Shown here: one piece after another, positions 14,816 through 29,239 of the stretch
Layout: the number at the start of each line of letters is the position of its first letter
Numbering within the stretch: the first letter of the stretch is position 1
From: Octopus vulgaris
Lineage: Eukaryota
Assembly: GCA_951406725.2 (NCBI GenBank)
Contig: OX597821.1
Coordinates: 11,470,001 to 11,534,000, forward strand
Direction of reading: 5' to 3'
DNA: 64,000 nucleotides
Position numbers and translations under genes: made by a program
Notes under the pieces: generated by a model
The model's database searches: none
Seen by the model: the letters and a program-made list of their open reading frames with translations, nothing else
What the model was told of the DNA's origin: nothing

Positions 14816-14883
14816 TTTATGAGAAAAACTGATATTTATTATCTTTCTGATTGCGGTTATTTCATACATACATTCATAAACAT

Positions 14884-14968
<85 letters not shown>

Positions 14969-15268
14969 AACAAACACACACAAGCGAGTTGAGAAACGAA
15001 AGGAAGTGGCATTCAAAACATTACTATGAGTTATAGTATTTATTAACGGAATAAATCAATTGTGTGCAATGTAAAGTTTCGTAGAACGGACCTATCAAGT
15101 CAGGCAAGTAGAGTCGCTCCAGAAGATAAGTTCATTCTACGAGCCTCCGAAACTTTAAGCGGCATAGAACTGAGTCGAAGTGTAATATAGCATATAAATA
15201 TATACATATACATATATATGGTTGTTGTTCCTTCTCCTCTCTTCATCTTTTGATTTTCTGTAAACTTT

Positions 15269-15381
<113 letters not shown>

Positions 15382-15398
15382 TGTGTATCTATTATATA

Positions 15399-15446
<48 letters not shown>

Positions 15447-15517
15447 ATATATATATACATACATACATACATACACACACACATATATATATATGTATGT
15501 CTATATGTATATTTATT

Positions 15518-15549
<32 letters not shown>

Positions 15550-15586
15550 TACATACATACATACATACATACATACATAAATACAT

Positions 15587-15650
<64 letters not shown>

Positions 15651-15652
<2 letters not shown>

Positions 15653-16190
15653 TAGAAGCAGCGGGAGTGTTGAAAACGTAATCCAACACACACAGTCAAT
15701 GTATATGCGTCTCTTGTTCGCCGGTCGGCTGCGAATTGACGCAGTAGAGATGACTCTCTGAAAACGCCGGTGTTAAAACACATGAGCATCATTTGTATAG
15801 GCAGGCGAGACAACCCGCTCCAAGTCTCTTTCAAGAGATATTACATATCGATGTATCTTTTTTTGTTGTGTTTCTTATTAGCATCATTTACCCGAACCGA
15901 ACCGGAGGGTAGTTGAATAGCCTCGACTTGACCATATGTAAAATGGTGCAAAAGCTATTTACTGGTATGCCCGAAAGATACAGACGTAGCAATAAATTCA
16001 AATATTAATTAGAAGCAGCGTGAGTATTGTAAACAATATCGAACATAAATACTCAATGTATGTGCTTTGCTTGTTTACCAGTCGGCTGCGAATTAACGCG
16101 GTGGAGACGACTCTCAAAGCGCCGGGTGTTAAAGCACCTAAAAATCATGGTCATAGACAGGCGAAACAACTCACTTCAAGTCCCTTGCCT
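15651..16190 (+). repeat. Diverged ~180-bp direct repeat (15651-15830, 16008-16190) with conserved hairpins
   Basis: Both begin ATTAGAAGCAGCG, share GTCGGCTGCGAATT.ACGC.GT and GGTGTTAAA.CAC, and end GGCGA.ACAAC.C.CT.CAAGTC. Confidence 0.7.
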
Positions 16191-16473
16191 CCAGTTCAGT
16201 TCGGGCACGTGAGGTTGATAAGCCACAGAAAGGGTGAAGCATCGATCTCCATCGCTCCTGAATACGGATTTCGGCTCGTACTTCAAGACAAAAATTCGCA
16301 CGAGTCTCTGCTCGTGCAGCAAATTACTCGTATAATGGGGCTCTCGTACTGTGAGGTTCTACTGTATATGTATATATGTATGTATTTGTGCATGTCTACC
16401 TAGGTATACATTTATTTCAGTGATCAAGGAAACCAAAGAATTGGTTGTGAAGATTTGAAGTGAAAAATGTTAA

Positions 16474-16760
<287 letters not shown>

Positions 16761-16960
16761 TCAATCTGTTTATCCACCCATCTCTCTGTCTCTGTATATA
16801 CACATTTATGCATATGTCCCTCCCCATATGCACATATATTCAAATACTAATTCTTATTGCCTGTTATATATACATACAAACATGCATATAGGCGCCAGGT
16901 CACATGCGGAAGGAAACTCACACGCACACATACATGCCTGCACTCCTACACATACTGATG

Positions 16961-17004
<44 letters not shown>

Positions 17005-17714
17005 TGTACGTATTAGTAACACACACGTGTTTATACCATGCTTTTATTGCTAGTTTACTCTGATTTACACATAATCTTACGGGTCTTTTTTTTTACAGTT
17101 CACACATAACTGCTGTCTGCAACTATCGCACTTAGTTTGTTTGCATATGATGTGAAATAAAAGAAATATGCCAAAAGAACATATACACATGCATACACCT
17201 ACACATTAAACACACAGATTAGTGAAAAACACAGACAATGATTGAAAAAAATATATATATATATGTAGAATAAACAAAAATAAAACTATAAAAAACAAAA
17301 GAAATCAAGGCTGAAAATCGGACTGAACGATACGAGAAATAAAGAGAAGAAGAAAGCGAAGATAAATCGCATTGTGCTGACGTCATCTCATTTTCCCAAT
17401 CGGAAGACAGCATGTGCCACGGCTTATCGTTTGAAATTCGCCAGCATTTCTCAAAGAAAGCTTTTCTATTCAGGAAATAAGACCAATTGCGATTTCTCTA
17501 AGGCACAAGAACATAATCAAACGAAATGAGGAAAAATAAAAGTTCCTTTCTATTCTTTCTTTTGTAAAATATACACTTGTATGTATGTACGTATGCATGT
17601 ATACATGGTCATATATATATGTATGTGTGTGTGTACATATATGTCAATATTTATACATACATACATGCATATATATATGCATATATAGGTATATATATAT
17701 ATATATATATATAA

Positions 17715-17749
<35 letters not shown>

Positions 17750-18874
17750 TGTATATATACATCTGTATATATATATATATATACATCTGTATATATACAT
17801 CTGTATATATATATATATATATATATACATATATATGTATATATATATATATATGCAATTATATATAATTATACGCATACACACACAAACACATTCGTGT
17901 ACGAATTTTTTTATCGCCATATTTGATTTTACTTTCTTCTTTTTTTCATTTTTTGGTGAAAAATGTATAGGGAGATTGCTTGTTTTATGCTTAATTTAAG
18001 GTTAAAACAGGAATATAAGGGGATAAGAAAAAAAAATCATAGAGGCAAACATGAACAAGAAAAAAAAATGAGGAAGTAAAATAAAGAAAGATATTGTTAA
18101 AAAGAAAAAGAAATCTCTCAGAAAATGCCAGAAAGAAATACTTCATTTCATATTATGTTTTTATTAGTTTTATTATTCTTCGTTTAAAGAAAAACATTCG
18201 GTAGAATGAAACAAATAAAAAGATGAAGTAGTTGAACCTCAATATTTTTTTATTCCTTTTAGTTTTTATATTTACTTTTCTCGGATGAATTGTACCGAAT
18301 TACTGGCATTGTAAATGTTGCGTTACGCATGCGTGTAAAAGAAATATGTTCCATCTTTTATTTCCTATTGGATGATTTTTTGAGAAAAAAAAAACAGCAA
18401 CTCAAAAACACCCCTAAAAAAAACACAGAAACGATAAAAAAAAGATGAAAAAAATGTGATTTTCTTCTCTATTTTCTGAGTCTTTGTATTCTCTTTGTGC
18501 TGGCTATTGCTTATTGATCCGATTTCTTTAATGTTACGGAATCATTCCGCCAATTTTTAGCAGATTCCTCATTTTTCTTCTTCATTCAAATTCGGACATA
18601 AATTTTAGTTTAATCGGGAATGAATAAATATATAAATAAAAATAAATATTAATTGAATTTCTTATCTGAACTTAAATGTTATCTATGTATTTATAGTACT
18701 TACTTTTAATCAGTTATTTGTAGAATATTATTTGTTTGCTTATTTAAAAAAAAATATTACTATTTATTTAATAATACGTTGATTTATGTTATTTCGTTCA
18801 GTGTATGTGCGCGTGTGTGGGTGTGTGTGAGGAAGAATTTGTTTTAATTTCCATTCATTGAGAATACTGGCTAG

Positions 18875-18940
<66 letters not shown>

Positions 18941-19104
18941 AACACAGACACAAGCATGCGCTCACACGCACGCACGTACACACACATGTACATACACACA
19001 CACACACATATATATATATTGGCCTACATACTTATATATACAAGCATGTGTGTGCGTGCGCGCGTGTGTGATAAATAATGTATTCTATCTCCCTTATTGG
19101 GGAC

Positions 19105-19146
<42 letters not shown>

Positions 19147-19175
19147 CACACACACACACACATATATATATATAC

Positions 19176-19207
<32 letters not shown>

Positions 19208-19573
19208 GTACATATATATATACGCACATATATATTTATATATGCATATTTATATATTCACACACACATATATATATGTACGTCTGTGTGTGTGCGTGTG
19301 AGCGCGCATGCGTATAGCATTTCATAACTAGACCGCGATCGATCTTCCACGCTTACTCTCTCCCCCTTACTCTCCCATTTAATTTTAAATTTACTTTATA
19401 CAATGCTCTCCACATGAAGGATTCTGTTGTTGTTGTTTTTTTCTTTCTAAGAAAATGAAACGAATAAACACAAGACATATTTACTCGTTTCCGCAAAACT
19501 GAGATGTTTTTTTTCTTTGGAAAAAGTTCCATCAGAAATGTTTCTGAGCATCTAACGTCAGTATTACTCTGGG

Positions 19574-19574
<1 letters not shown>

Positions 19575-19607
<33 letters not shown>

Positions 19608-19671
19608 TGTATGTATGTATGTATGTATGTATGTATGTATGTATGTATGTATGTATGTATGTATGTATGTG

Positions 19672-19702
<31 letters not shown>

Positions 19703-20081
19703 GTATGTATGTATGTATGTATGAATGTATTTATGTATGTATGTATGTAAATGTATGTATGTATGTATGTATGTATGTATGTATGTATGTATGTATGTAT
19801 GTATGTATGTATGTATGTATGTATGTATGTATTTATGTATGTATGTATGTATGTATGTATGAATGTATTTATGTATGTATGTATGTATGTATGTATGTAT
19901 GTATGTATGTATGTATGTATGTATGTATGTATGTATGTATGTATGTATGTATGTATGTATGTATGTATGTATGTATGTATGTATGTATGTATGTATGTAT
20001 GTATGTATGTATGTATGTATGTATGTATGTATGTATGTATGTATGTATGTATGTATGTATGTATGTATGTATGTATGTGTG

Positions 20082-20141
<60 letters not shown>

Positions 20142-20560
20142 TGTATGTATGTATGTATGTATGTATGTATGTATGTATGTATGTATGTATGTATGTATGT
20201 ATGTATGTATGTATGTATGTATGTATGTATGTATGTATGTATGTATGTATGTATGTATGTATGTATGTATGTATGTATGTATGTATGTATGTATGTATGT
20301 ATGTATTATGTGTGTGTACGTGTGTGTATGTGTGTGTATGTATGTGTGTATATGTATATGTATGTGTGTGTATGTATGTCCGTATATGTGTGTATGTGTG
20401 TGTATGTGTGTGTATGTGTGTGTGCTTGCGTGTGTGTTTGTGTGTGTATGTGTGTGTATGTGAGTGTGTATGTGTGTGAGTATGTGTGTATTTGTGTGTA
20501 TGTATGTATGTATGCATGCATGCATGTATGTATGTATGCATCTATGAATGTATGTATGTA
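19575..20560. repeat. Long (TATG)n array grading into (TG)n-rich low complexity
   Basis: About 730 bp of nearly pure TATG; source of the spurious 240-325 aa ORFs. Confidence 0.95.
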
Positions 20561-20734
20561 TATGTGTGTGTGCGCATGTCTGAGTGTACATAGGCATGTG
20601 CATATGCTTGTAGCTATGTATGCAAGTTTACGTGTGTGTGTGTGTGTGTATATACATATTATATAGTTACACATATTACTTGACAATGGGATGTATACCT
20701 GTGCACGTGATGTATGTTTAATATATACATATAT

Positions 20735-20779
<45 letters not shown>

Positions 20780-21258
20780 GGGGGGGATGTATGTATATAT
20801 ATATATATATATATGGCGGTGCCCCAGCATGGCCACAGCTTGTGAGCTGAAACTAAATAAATAAATAAAAAATATGTATATTATACGTGTGTGTGTGGGT
20901 GTGTATGCATGTACGTGTGAATATGTGTGTATATACTTGCGAATATACGCGAACACAACCAACACACACACACTCGCACAGACATAGACACAGATACACA
21001 CACACACAGGCATATATATGGGTGTTTTTTATGTAAGGGACCTATATAAGGAAAGGTCAAAAACACCAATCTTCATGGCGCTCAAAGTTTGGATCACATA
21101 ACAATCAATACTTGTCACTCAAACATTCCTTCAGTGTAAGAGTACAGTACCCTCGACCCCTGTCTCTGTCTCTCTCTCTATCTGTCTCTCTTCCTCACCA
21201 TATACCTCGCCATATATACCTCACCATATATATGCAATTATATATGTATATATGTATT

Positions 21259-21333
<75 letters not shown>

Positions 21334-21423
21334 GTCTCTATGTCTGTTTGTCTGTCTGTCTGTCTATTTATCTACCTATCATTCTGTATATATACACACG
21401 CACACACACATACACACACACAA

Positions 21424-21497
<74 letters not shown>

Positions 21498-21604
21498 TTA
21501 TATATACATATATACATATATGTATATATATGTACATATGTATGCATATATGTATGTGTCTGTGTATATATATATATATATGTGTATATATATATATATA
21601 AATA

Positions 21605-22015
21605 TGAGTGGCTGTGTGGTAAGTAGCTTGCTAACCAATCACATGGTTCCGGGTTCAGTCCCACTGCGTGGCATCTTGGGCCAGTGTCTTCTAACTATAG
21701 CCTCGGGCCGACCAATGCCTTGTGAGTGGATTTGGTAGACGGAAACTGAAAGAAGCCTGTCGTATATATGTATATATATATATGTGCGTGTGTGTTTATG
21801 TGTCTGTGTTTGTCCCCCCTAGCAATTGCTTGACAACCGATGCTGGTGTGCTTACGTCCCCGTTACTTAGCGGTTCGGCAAAAGAGACCGATAGAATAAG
21901 TACTGGGCTTACAAAAGAATAAGTCCCGGGGTCGAGTTGCTCGATTAAAAGCGGTACTCCAGCATGGCCGCAGTCAAATGACTGAAACAAGTAAAAGAGA
22001 GTAAAAGAGAAAGAG
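21605..22015 (+). mobile_element. SINE family A
   Basis: Homology to 1508-1910. Confidence 0.9.
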
Positions 22016-22049
22016 TATATACATACATATATATACATAGATACACACA

Positions 22050-22097
<48 letters not shown>

Positions 22098-22359
22098 AAT
22101 ATATATTTGGTTTTTGGATTTGGTTTGCAAGATTCTTTATATGAGTTCGTGTTTTGAAGCATATTCTTTTGTGTCTGGGGAGAGTCATTTTCTTTTTGTG
22201 CCTTATAATGTAACACACTCACCACTAAATTTCCACTTATGTCTTATTTTTATTTTCCTAAAATTTTCGTTGCGTCTTGCAACCTTTTCACTAGTCTTGA
22301 CTCTCATATATATATTTATGAACGAATGAGAGTCAAAATTTATACGCAGTCAAAATTTA

Positions 22360-22780
22360 TAGGCGCAGGAGTGGCTCTGTGGTAAGTAGCTTGCTAACCA
22401 ACCACATGGTTCCGGGTTCAGTCCCACTGCGTGGCATCTTGGGCAAGTGTCTTCTGCTATAGCCCCGGGCCGACCAAAGCCTTGTGAGTGGATTTGGTAG
22501 ACGGAAACTAAAAGAAGCCTGTCGTATATATGTATACATATATATATATGTATGTGTGTGTGTTTGTGTGTCTGTGTTTGTTCCCCTAGCATTGCTTGAC
22601 AACCGATGCTGGTGTGTTTACGTCCCCGTCACTTAGCGGTTCGGCAAAAGAGACTGATATAATAAGTACTGGGCTTACAAAGAATAAGTCCCGGGGTCGA
22701 TTTGCTCGACTAAAGGCGGTGCTCCAGCATGGCCGCAGTCAAATGACTGAAACAAGTAAAAGAGTAAAAGAGTAAAGAGA
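22360..22780 (+). mobile_element. SINE family A, full length
   Basis: Homology to 1508-1910. Confidence 0.9.
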
Positions 22781-22794
22781 GTCTTGTTTCTCAA

Positions 22795-23590
22795 TGTATT
22801 TAGACAAAGACGAGACAAACGTTCGTCATTTTTCTGTATGGCCTCCTTCCTTTTCGATGCACTTAGTCCAGCAGTCCACAAGCTCACGTTTTCCCTCCAA
22901 GAAGAAGGTTTTCGGTTGGTCGTGCAACCATTTATGCACCGCTTTCTTGGCATCATTATCTGTAGGAAATCGATGACCTCGAAAACCATCATTGAGCGAT
23001 CCAAATCTATGATAGTTGGAAGGGCCGAGATCTGGGCTTGAGACAGGGTGTTCCAGCGCCCCAAAGCCTAGATGGTTAGCGGTTTCAACGGTCTGCGCAG
23101 CAGTGTGTGGGCGTGCATTTTCATGCAACAACAAAACTTTCTTCAACAATAGGCTTCGGTGTTTGGTGCGAATTGCTGGCTTCAGTTTGTTGGCCACCTT
23201 TCCCGCCGCGGAAGACTGAGTCTTGATTTTCTTCGTCGATGGCGAGCCAGAATGTTTCCACTTCATAAACTTTATTTTGGATTCTGCTACATAATGATGG
23301 ACCCAGGTTTCATCTCTTGTGATTAGGCTGCTCAAAAATTTCTCGCCTTCATCGAGAAAACGTTAGCAGAACTCAATATGTTTGCGTTTGTGCTCTGCAA
23401 TAAATTCTCTTGGCACCTATCTTGCATAGACTTTATGGAGGCTGAGTTCATCGTGAATGATTTGATAGGCAGAACCATGACTAATCAGCAGAGAATGAGT
23501 TACCTCATCGATGATAACTCACCGGTTCACCCTTATTATCTCTCGAGCTTGCTGAATCGTCCCATCAGTAGTGGAGGTTGATGGGTGTCC
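22795..23590 (-). pseudogene. Mariner (DD34D) transposase remnant
   Basis: ORF 22826-23335: ITRDETWVHHY, LLHENARPH, HPVSSPDLGPSNYHRF, WTKCIEKEG; internal deletion and decayed catalytic residues. Confidence 0.9.
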
Positions 23591-23619
23591 TGCTCCCCTT
23601 CTTTTACAGGGCTTAGAAA

Positions 23620-23744
23620 AATGAAGGACCGCCTCGATAATTATATGAATCTAAGAGGAGAATATGTTGAATAATATCATAATTAACTGATCCTCCTGTA
23701 TTTTCTTTTACCCAAAGCCAAGAAATTTTCAGAACCCCCTCGTA
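23620..23744 (+). mobile_element. 3' end and TIR of a second mariner-like element
   Basis: MNLRGEYVE* C-terminus, then ...TTTCAGAACCCCCTCG|TA. Confidence 0.6.
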
Positions 23745-23974
23745 TATTTATGTATATGTAAGAAGCGGTACACGGTACTAGAAATCTAATAATCTACTCC
23801 AAATCTTTGTTAGTGTAACTGGGAAAGTGGAATCGGAACTGGTTAGTTTGTATTGGTAACGAGTCGTATAAATTGTACTATTTCTCAGACAATATTTTAG
23901 CTATTTTTTACCCCCTACAGCATTGATAAACTTATTGTCGACTTAAATAATTTAATACAGCTCTATATGCCCGT

Positions 23975-24225
23975 GGGGCATATGGCGTAGTAGTTAAGAG
24001 CGCGGGCTACTAACCCCAAAATTCAGAGTTCGATTCCAAGCAGTGATATTAATAATAATAATAAAAATAACATTAACATCGAAAAATACCTTAGGAATGA
24101 GAACCCAGGTTCGAAATTTTCCCAAGACACCTGAAGAAGGCTGGAGGGTATATCAGCCGAAACGTTGTGTTAACAAGAAACAAGATGAGAAGAAATGTCC
24201 GTCGAATGTAAATAATATAAATAAT
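23975..24225 (+). mobile_element. tRNA-headed short element carrying a minimal hammerhead ribozyme (HHR 24126-24171)
   Basis: A box TGGCGTAGTAG, anticodon-like arm GG-CTACTAA-CC, B box AGTTCGATTCC, (AAT)n linker, gacac-CTGAAGA-a-GGCTG..CAGCC-GAAAC-GTT-gtgtt. Confidence 0.75.
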
Positions 24226-24279
24226 TTAATATTTTGCAATTTGGTTTCTGTAACTATTCGTTTAATTGTTATATTTCAA

Positions 24280-24650
24280 CCGAATGTTAACGGTATTTCG
24301 TCCGTCTTTATGGGGTGAGTTAGAATTCCTCCGAGGTTGACTTCGCCTTCCATCCTATCGGGGTCGATAAATAAGAACCAATGTAGTAAACTTCTCATTG
24401 CCCTCAAAATCTTCTGGCCCTATTCCAAAATTTGAAACCATTAACAGTAGCGTAAAGGCGGGGAGCTGACACGCCAAACAAAAGGCTTAGTGGCATTTCA
24501 TCAGGTTTTTACATTCCGAGTTTAAACTCCATTGAGGTAGACATTGCATTTTATGTTTTCAGGGTTGATAAAATAAGAACCAGTCAGTCAATGGGGTCAA
24601 CTCGATCCCACCAGACAGAATTTGTGCCTATTGTAGAAAAGCTTATTATT
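24280..24650 (+). mobile_element. Two degraded SINE family B copies
   Basis: GAGGTTGACTTCGCCTTCCATCCTATCGGGGTCGATAAATAAG and a second, more diverged copy. Confidence 0.65.
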
Positions 24651-24659
24651 AGTATCATA

Positions 24660-25370
24660 TATACCGCTGCAACCTCTGGTTGCTGCTTGTTTGTAGACCA
24701 TTCGTATTATCTTCTAGATAAGACTAGTTAATTATTCTCATCTTTCTCCTATTATTCTCTATCAATCACAGAGGATTTTTTAAAATTCTTCTAGAATGCC
24801 AAACACACTCTAAATACTCCATATTCACGTCAAAACACCATCATCAAAACTTAATGACTATTTTGCTTTATTTTATTCTTGTTTATTCTACTTCGCTGTC
24901 AACACTTATAGGTATTTATTTACTAAATTTTCAACCGCATCATCTTTTACACTGTCCTGGCGTAAATCAATGACAATAACCATCTAAGAATTATTTTCAC
25001 AGATTCAGAGCTGAAGACTACTCCTTTCTTTTTCTCATATTACTGTTATTTTCTTCAATAACGGCTAATACTAGTATATAAACGTCAAAAGTTAAATTTC
25101 TCTCTCATTTCCACCATATTTGATCACTTATTAATGTTTTAAACTCTAAACCTTATTTGGACAGACATGCCCTCTATCCTATAATCAACCCACTGGTCTG
25201 CCATATTTAGACTGGGAGACACGTTTACAATCACCATGAGCTATTACTTCATTTCACCAATCTCTTATGCTATCAGTTGAACAGTGCGTGTTACTCATAT
25301 ATGAGGATGTTTCGTTATGCACTGGGATTTCCTTTTGAAGAGATATAGAATCGCATCGCAATAAGTCAGG
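24660..25370 (-). mobile_element. Highly degenerate RTE-like LINE reverse transcriptase fragment
   Basis: Weak colinear similarity to the YADD-to-thumb region of RTE ORFs; many stops. Confidence 0.35.
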
Positions 25371-25499
25371 CATTACTTAGGATATATGCTTTCATAAACG
25401 CACTCATGCATGCATCGATACATACACATATATACGCGCATGCATACATACATATATAGACACGTACATTTTTTGTTGCAAAAACAATATATAATGCCA

Positions 25500-26035
25500 T
25501 TAGGAAAAAAGTCTGTCCTTGAATAAATAGTGAATATTCCTATTATTGAATACATACACAAACATCAGCACCAGGAATACTGGTGGAACATTTCCGTGAA
25601 TACATCTATCAAGTATAAACAGAACAGGCCGGATATTGTTGTTTGCGTTAGATAAGAAAAAGTACTTACCGTCACAGAGGTCAGCTGACCTGCTGATGTA
25701 AATATCTCTTTGTGAATCACAGAGAAAGATGATAACCATGGACAAATGCTTTGAAACCTCCAGCTTCTATATTCAGATAATAAATGCACTTTTATACCAA
25801 TAATAATTGGTACGCCTGGTTTTGTGAGTAAAGTGCTTAAGTGACAATTTGGATAAGGCTAAGGTTTTTTTAAAAAAGAAATCAACCAACCAACCCGCGC
25901 ATTACGAATGCAATCAGTAAGCGGAAGTTAAATAATATGCAATGTTTTTGTTATCTACATTCCAGCAATGAATCTCTGTACCTTTGTTAGAAGCCAGTTC
26001 GTTTATCAGAAGAAGAATTTCAAAAATTTAAAAAC
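25500..26035 (+). mobile_element. RLE-type (R4/NeSL-like) retrotransposon 3' fragment
   Basis: EYWWNISVNTSIKYKQNRPDIVV...EVS*PADVNI...FIPIIIGTPG (PD..E endonuclease). Confidence 0.7.
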
Positions 26036-26046
26036 GGAACTGAACA

Positions 26047-26222
26047 TAGGCATAGGAGTGGCTGTGTGGTAAGAAGCTTGCTTACGAACCACATGGTTCC
26101 GGGTTCAGTCCCACTGCGTGGCACCTTGGGCAAGTAGATTCTACTATAGCCTCGAGTCGACTAAGGCCTTGTGAGTGGATTTGGTAGACGGAAACTGAAA
26201 GAAGCCCGTCTTGTATATGTAT

Positions 26223-26279
<57 letters not shown>

Positions 26280-26655
26280 CCTGCTCGCTTTGCCAGCGGG
26301 GTGGCGTCATTTGAAGGCTAAAACAGTGCGAACGCATTGTGACCAGCGATGTGTAAAACATCTGATGGTCTGGTCGGTCACGTGATCACGTGATATATAT
26401 ATATATATATATATAAATATGTATGTGTGTGTATAGGTTTGTGTGTCTGTGTTTGTCCCTCCAACATCGCTTGACGGCCGATGATGGTTTGTTTACGTCC
26501 CAGTAACTTAGCGGTTAGGCAAAAGACACCGATAGAATAAGTGCTAGGCTTACAAAGAATAAGTCATAGGGTCGATTTGCTCGACTAAAGGCGGTGCTCT
26601 AGCGTGGCCGCAGTCAAATGACTGAAACAAGTAAAAGAGTAGAGAGTAAAAGAGT
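26047..26655 (+). mobile_element. SINE family A with a ~120-bp foreign insert (26277-26395) in its internal (TA)n
   Basis: Both SINE halves intact around the insert, which ends GGTCACGTGATCACGTGATA. Confidence 0.85.
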
Positions 26656-26689
26656 ATGCATGCATGTGTGCACGTGTGTGTGTGTGTGG

Positions 26690-26806
26690 TTTAAAGCGTT
26701 GTACTTATTTTATTAGGATTCTTTTGCTGAACCGCTAAGTTGCAGAGACTTAAATACACCAACACTGGTTGTCAAGCGCTAGTGAGGAATAAATACAAAC
26801 ACAAAT

Positions 26807-26837
<31 letters not shown>

Positions 26838-27095
26838 AACACACACACGCGCACACACGCGCGCGCACACACACACACACGCACGCACGCACGCACACAC
26901 GCACACACACACACGCACACACAGACAGACACACACACACAACAGGTTTCTTTCGGTATACGTCTACCAAATCCACTGAAGAAGCCTTTGGCCGCCTGAG
27001 GCTTGTAGTAGGTGACTCGTGCGCAAAGGGCCACGCAGTGAGACTGAACCTGGGATCGTGTGGTTTGGAATGAAACATTTTATTACAAATCTACA
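26690..27095 (-). mobile_element. Degraded SINE family A
   Basis: ACCGCTAAGTT..GGTTGTCAAGC..TCTACCAAATCCACT..CCACGCAGTG. Confidence 0.75.
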
Positions 27096-27286
27096 CCTGA
27101 CCCTGTATAGAAAATTCCTGAATATTTTGCTGTTTCCCGATACGTTCTGCCAGTTTATATACAATCAACTCTTGTTAACCGTGCCTGAGACTGACGTTAC
27201 TCCTGAGACACAAGTACTAGGCTGGGAAGAATTTAGTTCACATACTATCAGGGTATGTCGACACACTAATAGTCTTCTATGACACA

Positions 27287-27690
27287 CTAGCAGTATCGCC
27301 CGGCGTTGCTCGGGTTTGTAAGGGAAATAACTATATAAGCATTTTTAGAGATGTAAAGTATAATAGCCATCTCAATATGGCTAACCACAAAGGGGGGGGG
27401 GGGGTGTTACTATAGCTTTTTAAGTTCTGAGATTTAATAATAAATTTTTAGAGAGTTACTTCCCTTATATATGCCAAAAATACATTAAAAATGGGAAAAA
27501 TTGATGGTAATTTTTTTTTTTTAAATCGTAGACTCATCGTAGACGCGCGCTAATACCCAGAAGGGGTCGATATGAATCACGACTATAAGATACCCGGTTT
27601 TGGTTAAACTGCACCGCAAAATGTGGGAGTAGTTAGGAATCTAAATCGTAGGAGACAGACAGCGCACAACCTCACTTTTATATACAAAGA
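27287..27690 (-). mobile_element. Complete non-autonomous Helitron (404 bp)
   Basis: Minus strand A|TCTTTGTATATAAAAG ... hairpin CCCGAGCAACGCCGGG ... CTAG|T: canonical TC/CTAG termini, AT target, no TSD. Confidence 0.85.
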
Positions 27691-27994
27691 TATGAAGAGT
27701 CCAGTGCTTCTTGAAGTCCTGTATGCCTTAGCTACACGGTATTCTTTTGTTAATAGGCCCGTGACTGTTAAGTGATCCAGTTATGGGCCAAATTGGAAAA
27801 GATGGTTGTGTAGCTAAGGGATTCAAGACATGGATGAATGCTGATATCCAGACATGAATCACACTGGACCACCAGTGCTTAGATATGCACTGATATCACG
27901 TGACATCGACGAAGTTACTCCGGACAAATGAGGCAGCTCCATACCATCTGAAACTCTCCTGAATTGCAGAGCTAGGACCTATTTACCACACGGA

Positions 27995-28061
<67 letters not shown>

Positions 28062-28218
28062 GATATATATATATATATACTGTCCTTTCGAGCAGACTCT
28101 ACTGCGATTTTTTGATCCCAAGAGGACATCTCCTATAGCTGGTTAACGATCCACAGCTGCATCCGATAAAATTGCGAGCAGGGGAGCTAACCACTACTAT
28201 CTCCTAGCGACGGGACCT

Positions 28219-28249
<31 letters not shown>

Positions 28250-28299
28250 ATATAAATCAATAAATGGTGGGGTTGTGTTGACCGCATGTAGAGAAACGA

Positions 28300-29022
<723 letters not shown>

Positions 29023-29036
29023 TGTATATACATATA

Positions 29037-29080
<44 letters not shown>

Positions 29081-29239
29081 CATATATATATACATATATA
29101 TATATATATTCATATATATATATACATTTATACATATATATATATACACACACACACTCAGACACACTCACGCACATATATATATATAGGGAATGCATCT
29201 GTTTGCAAACTTTCTTGAATGAAAACATGGTATTATTTG

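Noticed and set aside
17378-17385. Perfect CRE site TGACGTCA (also at 784-791)
   Set aside because: An 8-mer is expected by chance in 64 kb; no supporting context
19504-20666. Long ORFs of 240-325 aa (MYVC/HTYI repeats)
   Set aside because: Translations of (TATG)n; no stop codons by composition
23975-24045. Possible tRNA gene (anticodon-like ACT)
   Set aside because: No acceptor stem pairing and no terminator; it is the head of a repeat
27095-27995. Possible LINE fragment split by the Helitron
   Set aside because: Composition is suggestive but no diagnostic motif was found
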